The position numbers were made by a program, and so were the translations under genes. 64,000 nucleotides of DNA from Amoebidium appalachense (lineage: Eukaryota > Protista > Ichthyosporea). Location: positions 9,254,907 through 9,318,906 of the forward strand of contig CAVNZM010000001.1 in assembly GCA_963693365.1 (NCBI GenBank). The letters run 5' to 3'. Positions 26,874 through 40,950 of this stretch are shown here, one piece after another. The notes under the pieces are model-generated. The model did not search any database and was not told the DNA's origin. It was given only the letters and a program-made list of their open reading frames with translations. Every line of letters begins with the position of its first letter. Positions within the stretch are counted from its first letter, which is position 1.

Positions 26874-27005
26874 CCCACGGGGGCTGGCCCGGTGCTTGCC
26901 TACAATTTTGTAGGAAGCCTCAGGAGGCTTCTTTCAATTGGAGCATGCAGTACCAGGTGCGTCAGTGGAGATGGTTGCGTAATCCCGGTCAGAGGCTGCC
27001 AACAG

Positions 27006-27076
<71 letters not shown>

Positions 27077-27302
27077 AATAACACACACACATACACACAC
27101 ACACACATATATATATATAGTGTTGTAGCTACGACTTATAGTAGTTACGATGGCGACACATGCCATGTGCACAGTACATGTGATGCTCCCATGGCCCACC
27201 ACCGCACCACCAGACTTACGTAAGCCGCCCGGTGGGTGACGCGCCGAAAGCCTCGAAAAAGACCGAACCGGACCGGGACCGAACCGGCAAGGGTCGCGGA
27301 CC
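26595..27302. mobile_element. Second, inverted and probably truncated member of the CAAGGCAT hAT-like family
   Basis: 26595-26700 (CAAGGCATGGCCGGTTCAGACCG...ACCGGTCCGGTCCTCA...GGACCGGTTCAA) aligns by eye to the reverse complement of 21280-21376. 27255-27302 resembles the reverse complement of the left subterminal repeats of the first copy, but no closing TIR was found. Confidence 0.6.
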
Positions 27303-30213
27303 TTTCATTCGCTCCTTATCATATGGCGGCTAAAACTCTCAATGGTTGGTTGGTTGCAAACATAACCCAATCAGCATTGCGTACACAATAGACCTTTTGC
27401 CTAAACAGGAAAGTCGGCTACCTAATAAGGCAACAGGTTCACATCCGTTGATAAACAAAGAGCTGGCCCGGGGGACGGGGGTCACGAAAAAAAACAAAGA
27501 AAAACGAAGGGGAACACGGAAACGGTGCTGACTCTGAGTGTATACAGCTTTGTAGTAAATATAGGAATGGATAACCTTTATGTATAACACACACGACGTT
27601 ACCTTTATGGCGTAACTGAAGCCCTAATTCAAACGTTGAACCGGCGTATATTTCTTTGCTTACTTTGGCCAACCGGCCCCGAGGCTCAGCAGCAAGCCTT
27701 GGAAACCACGATTGTGAACAAGGGGGGAAATGTATAAAATAGAGGGGAAAGTTCTTTTTATTATTTACATGCATGTGAGGTTGTGATGAGGCGCAAGAGA
27801 AGTTGCTGCCGCTTATTTTGAAGGACGCATGAGTGTCAAAACATGGGTTCGTCCGGGCTCCAGCTCTAGGGCTTCGCTTCCCCTTATCGGGCCCGGATGT
27901 TTGTGCCGGACGGCCTTGGCCGAACATCGTTATGTTACCTATGAGTAGAAGTTTTCCTCTTTACTACCTCGTCATTCTCTGACGTGCACTGGCAGCAAGC
28001 CTGTTATGTAACTCTAGGCTACTAGGCTCTGCACACGGCGACGTGCATAGTCCCTCGTGCGTCTCCAACCGCTTTCAGAAAAACTAAACACAAATGCGTT
28101 TTTGTTCTTTAAACGCAACCTTCGGTCCTCCTCATCTACTCATTCTACTTCCCCTCCCTTCCCCCCCCCCCCCTCCCCCCCTCCCCCCCCCCCCCCTCCC
28201 CCCCATCCGCCTCTACCTTCCACCTATTCAACCTATTTCCTTCCAATCTGGTCTGGCATTCCGCACTTTTTGACAAGTGCTTGGCATACGGCTGCTTACT
28301 AACATATTCATCCGTCCAAGAAGAGGGGGGAAGGGGGGGGTGGGGGATAACTGAGTGAGGGGCATCTCAAACTCCTAAAGGCAAGAGAGAAAGAGAGAGG
28401 GAAGCCAGCCGAGGAATATTTGGAATAGAAGTCAGTGCTTGTGCGGCAGTTTCACAGGGAGCTCAGTACGTATGAGGAGTACAAGAGGCAGACCATAACT
28501 GTATGGCAGGGAGAGAAGTAGAAGGGGAGAATGGGATGGGCGGCGAGAAGGAAAAGCTGACCGTGACGTGCGTACACAGGCCGGTCCCAGAAGCACAACC
28601 GTAAGCATTCATGATAATCAGTGTTAATCACGGTGCAGGGCAACCTTCTTGTAACCTATCTCGCTGGCGCGGCCCAGCTATATATGTAGCTCCTGCGCAT
28701 GCGCAGCTCATGTTGTTGCACTTGGCCAGTGCCAGAAGCCTGGGCAGGAGGCTGCCTGACCTTTTTGCAATCGTCATTGTGTATGTTCGGACAGAAATAT
28801 GTACATGTGTGTGCGTTTGTGTGTCGAGAGGCGTGCATCTGCGCCGGTGGGTATTGGGCAAAGCTTGGGTGCAAGAAAGCAGAGCACTCAATCAGCTAAC
28901 GGTGTTATATTTGCTAAGTTTTAGTTTTTGTATAACACTATAGGCTTGTGTGCACAGGGTCATGTGAGTGAGCTCTCCTGTCTTACCCCATGTCTAGTCT
29001 CTTTTCTCTAGGTTCATTCACTAGCTTCGCGAGATACTTTTGTGTTTTATTCCTGTAAAACTTCTGGATTTTTTCACTGAAACGCTGCTCAAACCTGCCA
29101 TCATGGCAAATCAAATTAACTTAGTAGTAACAATGTTTTTTTAGTTCCCTGGCCAACACCCTTTGCCTTTGCGGTTCCGCGCTCTCCCGCAGGCTCTCTT
29201 TCTCCTCAACAACGCTTCCTTTTGCAGTGGGGTCTTTTTCTCATCACTTATCTAATCTCCCGAAGAATAGCCGAAATTACCTGAGTTGCTCGATGGATCG
29301 TTAGTGTATACGTACTGTTCCTCAGCGGGTACACTACGTATAGTAGTAGTTATGATAAACTGTGTGACAGTTTTGGTGGCCCTTTTTCCAGCTGGAGCTT
29401 TTTTGTAAGATTTTGGTATTTTAGTAATGCGAAATCTGTGCGGAATGACAGTCCTCTCCCCGCTCCCTCTCTCCTTCACCCATCCACCTCCCCCTTCCAT
29501 CCCCCCTCTCCCCTCCCCTTCCGCAACACCACGATCAACACCACCACCACTGCCATTGCCACTTGCAGCAAGCCACCACCACCAGAAATACACTCGAGCG
29601 AATGTATAGATGGGCCATCACGACTTTGTCTACTCTCGATTTCGAAATTTCGAACGTTAACTCCGTCCTCTCCCCCCCCCCCCCCCCCCCACCCACCCAC
29701 CCACCCACCCACCCACCCAAACACACACACTCACACACACACACACTCACTCATTCACGCGCGCGCACACACAAACGTACACACCACACCAAGTCCTTCC
29801 CTGTCCCCCCAGCACCGAGGTTTAGTCAAAGTCAAAGTCAAATAAAAAACAAACGCGGGGAGGAAGGGGGGGGGGGGGGGGGGGGGGGGGACCCGGGATG
29901 ATACCGGGCACAATTATCAATTATCCCCCCCCCCCCCCCCCCCCCCCCCCCCGTCCCAAACGCACACAATGTCACACAATGTGTGCGCGCTTACGCGTGC
30001 GTGCATGCGCGTGCGTGCGTGTGGGTATGTGTGTGTAAGTAAGTGCGTGCCCGTGCACGGGGGAAGGCAGGCGCACGTGCGTGCGTGTGTGATTGCCGGC
30101 GTGTGTGTGTGTGTGTGAATCCCTGTCTTGGCACTTCAGTGCATGCATGTGGCACCGGGAGGAGCGGGTGTTTTGGGGGCTGAGGGAGGAGGTTTGAAAG
30201 AGAAGGTAGGGAA

Positions 30214-30246
<33 letters not shown>

Positions 30247-30363
30247 GAAAGAGAGAGAGAGACGGGGAGAGCTGAGAGAGAGAGAAAATGAGCGGAGTGA
30301 GAAACACACACACACAGAGAGAGAGAGAGCGAGAGGGTCTGAGAGAGAGAGGGGGGGGAGAGG

Positions 30364-30498
<135 letters not shown>

Positions 30499-30683
30499 AG
30501 AGGGAGAGAGAAGAGAGGGGGGGGGGGGGGGGGAGGGGGGGGGGGAGACTGAGAGAGCCAAAGTTGTCTGAGTGAGTGCGTGAGAGAGAAGAGGAGGGAC
30601 AGAGAGAAGGGGGGAAGATATTACTAGTGAGAGAGGCAGAGAGATAGAGGGAGAGGCAGGCGGGAGTGAAATTTGGGGGTTAA

Positions 30684-30714
<31 letters not shown>

Positions 30715-31495
30715 GTACAAGATAGCGGGAGAGAAATGAGAGGGGGGGTGGGAGTGAGGGGTGGGGGTGGGTTGGGGGGGGGGGGGGGGGGGGGAGGGGG
30801 TAGCTAGAGAGGGGGCCTGAGAGAGAGAGAGATCTGAGGGTGTGTGTGTGAGCTGTGTGTGTGTGTGTGTGTATGAGGGAGAGAAGGAGCAAGAGAGCGG
30901 GAGGGGATAATATGGTGGGGAGAGGGGAAAGTGGGTTGAGGGGGGGAGGGGGAAGGAAGGGGCTGGAAGGGGGTTGGGGGGGGGGGGGGGGGGGGGGGCC
31001 GGCCCGGCCGAGATTTTGAATGATTACGTAATCTCTTGGGCTGCGTTAACCGTCTTATCGCCAGTCTTAGCAGTTCGTGATAAACAGCCATGTTGATGTC
31101 TTATGATGAAGTTTAAAGCTTTTTAAACCAATCAAATATAATTATTGTTTTAACTACAAAACTTTAGGCATTTGACATTTATTATGTTTCGCCGGTTCGT
31201 CATCCTTCCAATTCATCAGTTGCGCACCCAAACATACAGAGTCAAAAAAAAAAAGAAAAAAAAAAAAAATCCCAGAGTCACGCGAGTGGGTTGTTGAGTG
31301 AAGAAAAAGAAAAAGAAGACGGGTAGAGTTTGGTCAAAAGACCTTAAGAGAAGTGCGCAAAAACTAGGTGCAAGCAAAAGAAAGTTTAAAGATTGAACAG
31401 CGTGGCATCTGTTAACTCATCATAACCGACTTTGGTTTTCCCGGTTTTTTTTATCCCTACACAACGCAAACATCTTACCATCTTTCAAGATCAAG

Positions 31496-34447
31496 ATGAG
31501 CAGTATGGAGTCTTCAGTCACGATGCGGCCCCATCGCATCTTCTCCGCCGAGGAGCAAAGTGCTTGGCTGACACGTGTGTCTCAGCGTCAATCAAGCAAC
31601 ATGGACCCTGGTCGTAGAAGGGAGATGGAGGAAAGGTGGGAGAGGCAGAGAAGGGCTACCGAGAAACAGACAGAGGCGAGGGTCATACGCATGGGTAACG
31701 CGGTAGGTGATGGCTTTTAGGCTGTATGAATGTGTAAGTGTGCACTAACATGAAGGCAAGAAATTATGCTTTTTTTGTGCTGGCGATGTGTTGCTTGGTT
31801 CCTTGTTGTCTTGTTATACACCATTGAATGTTGCCCAGAGCTTGTTCTTGTAAATCTTCTGTGTCTGTGTGGGTGTTCTTTGTGCTTGAGAGTGTTTTTG
31901 TGCTTGTAAGAAGATTTAAGTCTTTTAGTTGTGAGCTTTGCCTGGCACATTGCTGTTGCTGTGGTGGAAGATGGGTGAGATCAGTGGGATTTTTGCGGCG
32001 CGCTCTTTCACACGTTGGGCGCCTGTCTGAACCAGTGTTTGTCTTGCGTGGTCAATGACTGTGTTGCTTTCTGTTCTGCTCGTTCCCACGTGGTTTGTGC
32101 GTTTGAGGAGAAGGGGTGAGGATTATCTCACATTCCTCTGGCGCTTCCCGTGGATGTGTTTGTGTGTGTGTGTGTGTGTGGGTGTCTTGTGTGTGTGTGT
32201 GTATGGGTGTGGGTGTGGGTGTGGGTGTGTGTGTATTTGTGTGCGCGCGCGTCTTTGTCTTTGCTGATGGTGGTGGTGAGGGGGGGGGGGGGGGGGGGAG
32301 CATTCACTTGAAGCCTGTTTCTCTCTTTTATATTTGGTTTGGAGATGCAACTGTTTGAGCGTTTTGCTGCTTGCTTTTTCTTCCCCAAGAGCTTTGCTCA
32401 CTATCATGCCTTCATAAAAGATGGGGTTTTTGTCGGGTGTAGCAGTTGAGGTACATAAGAAAAGTTCCTCGTTTCTTTTATTTCTGTCATATCTTTACCG
32501 TTTGCCAGCTAAAGCTACCTTTAGGGGGCTATACCTCTACCCCTCTTTATATTTTGTTGCTTGCGCAGAGTGGGGGGGAGGGGGGGGGGGGGGGGGGGGG
32601 GGGGGCGATCCAAATACCACGATCAACACACCCACCCGTCCACCCACATACCTATAGACCCACTACATTTGGCCACACAAACCCTTGCCCTTGTTCTTCG
32701 TTTCCACAGCCCTTTTGCCAATACTTCCATCCACGCATCTCCGTTTTCCTCATCCCCCCCTCCCCACCCCCCCCCTCCCACCCCCTCCCCCCCCGCCCTG
32801 TTACCGCTTCTCATGCTTGCTCTGCAGCGCCTGATTTCTCCTTCCTCCCCCCCCACTCCCCCCCCCCCCCTCCCCCCCCCCACTCCCCCCCCCCCCTCCA
32901 CCACCGCCACCACCCCCTCCTCCCGCCCCACCGCCAGCCACACAGCATGATCCACCCACCTACCCTTACACACGCACTGACCCACCTTTCTTGCTTTTTT
33001 CTTCTCTCTCACTCTCACTTCCTCTCTCTTTCTCTCTCGCCCTCCGCCCCCCCATGCTCTCCCCCACATCTCCCCGTCCCTCTCCTCTCCGTCCCTCTCC
33101 CCCTATTCCTCTACTTACCCTCTCCCACCCCCCTTCCCTCTTCTTCCTAGGCTTCCCCTCCCCTTCTCCCCTTTTCCCTCCTCACCAACCCCATCCCCAC
33201 CCTCTCCCCCTTTCCTTCCCCCCCCCTCCCCCCCCCCCCCCCCCCCCCTGCTCCCCCTCTTCTCCCCCTCAGGTTACCAGCAGTCGTGCACTCAGCGCGT
33301 TTGGGCGCATCCAAGCCGCGACTGACTCCCGCCCTCACCCCGCCGCCGTTCACAACAAAGACAACGAAGACAACAACGACGCAGTCCAGATCGCGGAAAA
33401 CGAGTCCACCATTATGGAACAGGAAACGAGCGCCATTCGCACCAGTTTCATGGCGCAGCAGGAGATGGGGAGACAGAGCATGAGCATGAGAATGGGTGGG
33501 GGAACGGGTGTGGGCACAAGGCCCATGGGCGCATCAAGAAACATGTTTCTTTCCACTCGTCGCAGCGAAATGAGCAGTGTCGCTGGGGCTGGCGGTGGTG
33601 TGGGTGGCGTGGGCGGTGTGGGTGTGGGGGACGGATGTGGGGAGGAAGGGGAGGCAGGGGAGGGAGAGGGCTTTTTGAGCGTTGGCGGGGTGACGGTGAG
33701 CGAGCGGGAGATGGATGATGGGGGGGTGGATGAGAGGGAGCTGTATCGGGCGCTGGAGTTGGTGAGGAACGAGCCTCATGGAGACGAGGAAAGGGTTGCG
33801 AAATTTAAGGTGGGTGAAACTTGAAACCTCTTTGCTTGTTGGGTTTTTCCCCTTCTTTCCTCCTTTTTTTTTTTTTTTTTAAAGGGAAGGGTCGGATATC
33901 TGAGCAAAGGAGTGGGAAAGGTGGCGGTGGTGGGGAACAGGGGGGGAGGAAAGTGGGGGGGGAGGGGGAGGAAGGGGGGGGGGGGGGGGGGGAAGATGAG
34001 GGGGGAGATTTTTTTTTGCTTTTTCTCTGGTTTTGTTTTCTCTGGTTTTTTTTTTGGGGGGGGAGGGGGAGGAGGGGGGGGATTTGACCGTCCGTGGGAG
34101 GCGCCGGGGGGAGGAGGGGGGGGGGGAGGGGGGAAGGGTTTTGCTCCCCGATGGGAGAAGAGGGATGGTTGGGTGGGGAAAAGTGTTTTTTGGGGGGTAA
34201 GGGTTGAAGAGGGGGGGGGAAGGGGGGTTTGTGTTTGTGTGGATGTTTGGGTGCCCCAGGGGGCAGGGGGGGAAAGGGGGGGGGGGGGGGGGAGGGAGGG
34301 GATGGATGGGATGACCACACGCCACCATTTTTGAAGTGTGTGCCACAATCTCCACCCACTTAAAAGTGACATCCCTTCTCTATATCCCTGTGCCCCCCCT
34401 CCACACACACACACACACACATGCTCAGCCACCCATTCCACACACAT

Positions 34448-34537
<90 letters not shown>

Positions 34538-34908
34538 CCACACACATACACACACACACACGCGCGCACACACACACGCGCGCACACACACACACATACA
34601 CACACACACACACACACATTGCCACCTCTTTTCCTCACATACAGGTGTTTGAGAAATATCTTGAGAAGGTGGAGGGGGTCCGTAATGACATGTTTGACTT
34701 CTGGGGTCGCAGCAAGTCGGAATTCTCAGGATCTGCACTTAGCCAGGTTTGTGTGCACTACCCTGCCTCCCCTTTCCTCCTTTTCCCATGCCGCTCCTCC
34801 CCCCCTCCCCCCTTCCTCACCCCCCCCCCCCTCCCCCCTTTATAATGAAAGAGAGAGAGAAACACTGCCAGTACAAACATGTGCACATGCAGACGCAAGC
34901 TGGAAAAC

Positions 34909-34939
<31 letters not shown>

Positions 34940-36827
34940 ACACACACAAGCACACATGCATACACACACATGCACACACACGCACACCCACAAAGACACA
35001 CGCACACACACACACGTGATTTTGCTGCTTTTGTGGAGGTAAATGGCTCAACGGCTAATGGTTCAAAACAGACTACGTACCCCGTCAGACTACAGACTTC
35101 CGGGAAGAGATCAATCTGAAATGACGTCGCCCTGAGATACTTCCATATATGGAAGTATCTCAGGCTGACGTCACATGCCATAGCGATTTCAGCCGGTGGC
35201 GGCTAAATTTTGCTAGTCTGACAGTGTACATAGTCTGCTTTGAACCTTCTCTCCTTAATTCGAAGGTCCAGTTGTACTCCTGTTAAGTTTTAGTGGGTTA
35301 ACTTCATTGGGTGACTCCTCTGTCTGATAGTCGTAGTCCAATCCAGCCCCATCTGGACTTTATGTTCACAGGATTCGGTTTTGTTTGTACTTTGCTAGTG
35401 CGTAGGTGGGCTTGTCTGTGCATGCGTGCGAGGTGAGGGTGAGGGTGGGTGTGTGTGGTGGGGTGGGGGTGGGGGGGGGGGGGGGGGGTATTCTTTCTGT
35501 GTGTTCTGACATCTGATTGGTTTAGGTGGAGAGGGATTTGAAGCGATTGGATGCCGGGGACAACATGGGCTTGCACTACGAAGACCCACGGTATGCTTGC
35601 CTCCCCCCCCCCCACCTCCCCTTACCAACCCCCTCCCCCCCCCCCCCTTCCAACCCCCTCCCCCCCCCCCCCCCCCCCCCAGGGCACACACGCACGCGCA
35701 CACACACACACACAACTCTACCCACTAATCCTCCCTCACTTCTCTTTGCCCCCCGTTCCACTCAACACCCCAGCACCACCACCTGCACCAATCACCTCCT
35801 TCCCCACCCCCGCCTCCCCCCTCATACACACACACAAAAAATTATTTCTCCGCCAAACACATCACCCTCACCATCACCTCTCTCTTTGGTGCTAGCTATG
35901 TGCACCAAACCCCCCTCCTTCCCCCCCCCCCCTCCGCCAACACCCACACATACACACCACCACCACCACCACCATCACCACTTGACGCCGTACTATGCAA
36001 CTCTGTCACTTGCCTGAACCTTAGAAGTTTAAAGGTGGCGCTAATTGTTACCTCCCCTTCCCCCTTACCCCCCTCTCCCCCTCTCCCCCTCTCCCCCTCT
36101 CCCCTGTGCCTCTCCCCCCTCTCCCCTGTGCCTCTCCCCCCTCCCCCCAATCCTCCCCCCCCTCCCCCCCCCCCCCCCCCCCTCGCCCCCACACACACAC
36201 CTCCATGTGGATGACTTTGTCCTCTCCTGAGGATGGGCACTACCTAAGATATGTACGGTAGACGCGCTCCTTCCTTTTCAGTTTCGCACACTGTTGTCCG
36301 TCGTCGTGGATGTGTGCTTCACACTATGTAACACACAAAAATTTTTTATTAACCTTCCCTCCCCCCCCCCCTCCCCCCACAATTACCACCACCACCACCA
36401 CCACCACCCACCCATCCCCCCCCCCCCCCCCCCCCCCCACCACCACCACCACCACTACCCATACCAACCTCCCCCCCCCCCCCCCCCCTCCTCCTCCCTG
36501 CTCCTGCCCCCCACCTCCCCAATCAGTGTCTGGATCGTGCACCCGATGCTCCGCCAGGCCGCCACCAACAGCCGCACCATTGCACTGCTCCTCAAGTCGA
36601 TGGAGACAAAACTTGCTCTCCTGTCCGAAAGTGGAGACTGTCCCGTGTGCTTGGAACCTTTGGGAAGGGATGGTGGGGAGGTGGAGGTGTTGGGGTGCTG
36701 CCATAAGGTGTGTGGGGAGTGTTGGGACCACTGGGTGTACATGAGGGGGGCGAATGCTTTCTGTCCATTGTGTAGGTATGATGAGTTTGTGGATGATGTG
36801 GTGGGGTCGGCCTCACGCGGATTCTAA
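31496..36827 (+). CDS. RING-HC (C3HC4) finger protein, putative E3 ubiquitin ligase, ~403 aa, 5 exons
   Basis: Predicted exons 31496-31702, 33273-33809, 34645-34746, 35526-35590, 36527-36827; GT-AG, phase-compatible, total 1212 nt. C-terminal CPVC...LGCCHKVCGECW...CPLCR preceded by a helical region (VFEKYLEKVEGVRNDMFDFW...WIVHPMLRQAATNSRTIALLLKSMETKLALL). Confidence 0.85.
35060..35246. mobile_element. MITE-like fold-back element in RING gene intron 3
   Basis: 33-bp TIR GGTTCAAAACAGACTACGTACCCCGTCAGACTA versus reverse complement of the right end GGTTCAAAGCAGACTATGTACACTGTCAGACTA (4 mismatches). Central perfect 34-bp palindrome at 35131-35164. Confidence 0.75.
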
Positions 36828-36928
36828 GCGTGTTTGTGTGGCTGTTCCTATTACCAATCACTGCTATTTACTTATTTTTTGTGTATTTATATGATTATAA
36901 GACTATGTATGTACTGTTGTTTTGTTGT

Positions 36929-37838
36929 GATCACTGGGCGCACATGAGGGGGGTGAATGCTTTCTGCACTTTGTGTAGGTATGATGAGTTTGTAGATGAT
37001 GTGGTCGGGTCACGGCATGGCTTTTAGACGTGAACTATGCGACTGTTTTCTTAGATTACACATAATTAGTACATTTATTACTATCGTGATTAGCAGCAAG
37101 TTTTTTAGCTGCTGTAGTATTGCTATTTCGTTGTTGGGATCACTTTGGGTGCACATGAGGGGGGTAAATATGTGCTGCCCGCTGTGTAGGTATGGCGAGT
37201 TTGTTGGCGATGTGGTTGGTTCGACGGCACAATGTGGGCTTTAAATGTGCTGTAAAGGTTTGTCGATGAGTGCGTTGGGTTTTTGGGGCAGTTTGGTTTA
37301 TACGTTTGCATGTTTGATGTAATTATTTTATATACTACTAACTTGCTCATGCTTTTATTCCTGTATTTTTATACACCATTGTGTTTCTGGGATCACTACA
37401 AGAGGTGGCTCACTAAAATGAGGTACGCACAAGGTGGTGAATGTGTTCTGCCCACTGTGCAGGTATATTGATGATTTGGTTCGAGGGCTCTAATATTACT
37501 GCATGTGTGTTCTTGATTCAGCTATGATATTATCACTCTTATTATTGTTGTTGTTCATGTTATCATAAACTAGTAATGCTATCGCATGGTTATGTGCTAG
37601 TGCGGTTATTTTTCTGGGATCACTGGGCGCACATGTGAAGGGCAAGTATAATCTGCCTGCTGCACAGGCATGTGTGTGTGTTTGTTTTATTCAAAAATTT
37701 ATTGTGATTATTTTTATGTGTTTCTTTTTTTTTAAAAAAAAAAAAAATGATCCTTATTGTTTTATTCGGACCGTTATGTACATAAGACTGGGGCCAATAC
37801 GATCTGCCTGCTGCGCAGGTATGATGTGTTTGTGGACG
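36929..37838 (+). repeat. Five progressively decayed tandem copies of the last ~100 coding nt (plus 3' flank) of the RING gene
   Basis: Copies start at ~36929, 37136, 37389, 37616 and 37786. The first two still read DHWAHMRGVNAFCTLCRYDEFVDDVVGS and WVHMRGVNMCCPLCRYGEFVGDVVGS, versus the gene's DHWVYMRGANAFCPLCRYDEFVDDVVGS. Confidence 0.85.
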
Positions 37839-38909
37839 CACAAACACACACACACACGCGCGCGCGCGCACGCATGTGCGCACGCGCACGCGCACGCTCA
37901 TGTGCACGCTACACACGCGCACGCGCACGCTCATGTGCATGCGCTCGTACACACGCATGTAGGCACGCACGCATGCACACACACACACGTGCACACACAC
38001 ACACACACACATTCGCGCGCACGCACACACACACACACACACATGCACGCACACACGCACAGAGACATCCACACACGTGCACCGTGACTCCTAATATGAC
38101 GCATACTCGAGCGCACGCACATGCACGTTCACATATATCTGACACATGGTTAGACTACACTCATTCTCATATGCATGATGCATTTGAATTTCATTTTTTT
38201 CCACGTCTGAGCCTACTATCGGGAATGACGCCGGAGTCCCACTCGGCAGAATAAGAAAACATTTGGGTTTTTTTCCGGAATAAGTGTGTCCCCGGGCCCC
38301 TCCCCCTCCCTCCCCCCCCCCTCCCCCCCCCCCCCCCCCTTTCCCCCGGCAAAAGCGCAGGGGCACATGAAACTCACGAAGTACATATGTGTTTCGTGTG
38401 CCTCTGCGTTTTTTATTGGAGAATCGATATAAACTTTGCCAGGCCTTTCATTTTTCTGTTTTTGCTTTTACCGCCTTTTGTTAACTCGTTTACCCATGCT
38501 GCTGCCGTTTGAGTGGGCACTGCTTCAATCATGCAACGGTCTCCCCCACACCTAATAAAACTACTACCCATATATTAATACCTAGCCGTATCTTAAACTT
38601 CACATCCACATGCAGTATGCCATTTCCTTATACTAATTAGTGCACCGTGAGTGTCCTACTTTTTCCTCTCAACACACGCATGAAAACATTTCTTTTTTTG
38701 TTTTTCTTTTTGATTTATCCAACCGACCCCCCCCCTCCCCCCCCCTCCCCCCCCTTCCCCCCCCCGGGGCAAGATACCACCTCTTCTGTGAACGAAATTC
38801 CAATTCCTTTCATCTAACCTCGTCGGTTAACATAATTTAATTTTTTAAACCATACTTCCACGACCCGAGTACCGGTTCTCCCTCGATTCTGTTTCTTATG
38901 TACTGTGAG

Positions 38910-38945
<36 letters not shown>

Positions 38946-39784
38946 CCGCACACACACACCACCACCACTACCACACACACACACACACACACACACTGAA
39001 AATTGTATGTCACACAGAAGTTCCCACGAAGATGACCCTGGGGATTTCTGGGGCAAAACCCACAGCTTATTTGGGTGAGGTGGGACTGGGATAAATCCTA
39101 TTGGCTAACACAATCAGGTACCTTCTGTTGGTGTACTGTCCGGATTATCATTGGCTAACCCCGCACCCATGCCGTATATGGCTATCCTCATGAGCATATA
39201 TGGCTAGTATTAGGTCCTACCTGCGGTTTCTCTATGGCCGCACGTGATGCAGTGGGACTTGCGCTACAATCGCGATATTAATCTTCCCCCCCTCCCCCTT
39301 TCCCCTAACCCGCACCCACTCTATTGGATTCCCCCAAATCCCCCCCCCCCCCCCCCCCCGGAGCCTCCGGATCTGGATCCCCCCTTCAGTTTCAGGATCA
39401 TTCCTTACCGCTCCTCTCCGAATACCGGACCCTCTTCCTTCCTTCCCCCCCCCCCCCCCCCCTCCGCCCACCCTCCCCCTCTCCTCCCCTTCCACCCCTT
39501 CCCCCCCTCCCATTCTCCCCCCACCCCCTCTCCCCCTCCCCTCCCCCCCCCACTACCCAACCCCCACCATGAAGGCTTCCTGAAAGATGTTCCGGAGTAT
39601 GAAAGGGGCTGGATTAGATAACCGGGTGGACCCAGCATGGAGTAGGCATATGTATTCGTTGACTTTGGGCTTAAGGCAATGTGAGTTTTCTGTCTGCCTC
39701 TCATATGTCTGCTCTCAACATTAGTTAGAGAGGTCGAGTGACCCCCCCCTCCCCCCCTCCCCCCCTCCCCCATCACCACCACCA

Positions 39785-40545
<761 letters not shown>

Positions 40546-40852
40546 AGTCTAATCTCGCTTTCACTCTCTCCTCGGTTGCAAACCGCAAGTGTACACGAAA
40601 TTTAATGCACAAACACACGTGCACACACCATATCATGCACACAAAACATACGCACACACAAACACGCACACACACGCACACAAACACACACACACACACA
40701 GACAGGCATTTTTCACGTGCCACCGCACGCACAAACCCTAACTCAGTGACATCAAGTTCGTCGCTCGTGTTTTCACAGTCCGAAGTTGTCGTCCAATCGC
40801 CGACAGCCTGTGACATCGTCGATCGAAGACACCGACGCCCGGAACTTGTTTT

Positions 40853-40950
40853 CATTGGCTGACGACCAGCCAATTTCAGGTTTTTGTGATTGGTTGAGGC
40901 TGCACCCAAAAGTTGATTGAATGCCCACATCATAGATAAACCAATCAGCA
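40853..40950 (+). promoter_or_regulatory. Cluster of CCAAT/ATTGG boxes ~500-600 bp upstream of the MBL-fold gene
   Basis: CATTGGCT, GCCAAT, GATTGGTT and ACCAATCA within 100 bp. Function is inferred only; it could be transposon-derived. Confidence 0.3.

Noticed and set aside
39244-39621. 125-aa Pro-rich ORF
   Set aside because: Openness is largely due to C-runs; no recognisable homology.
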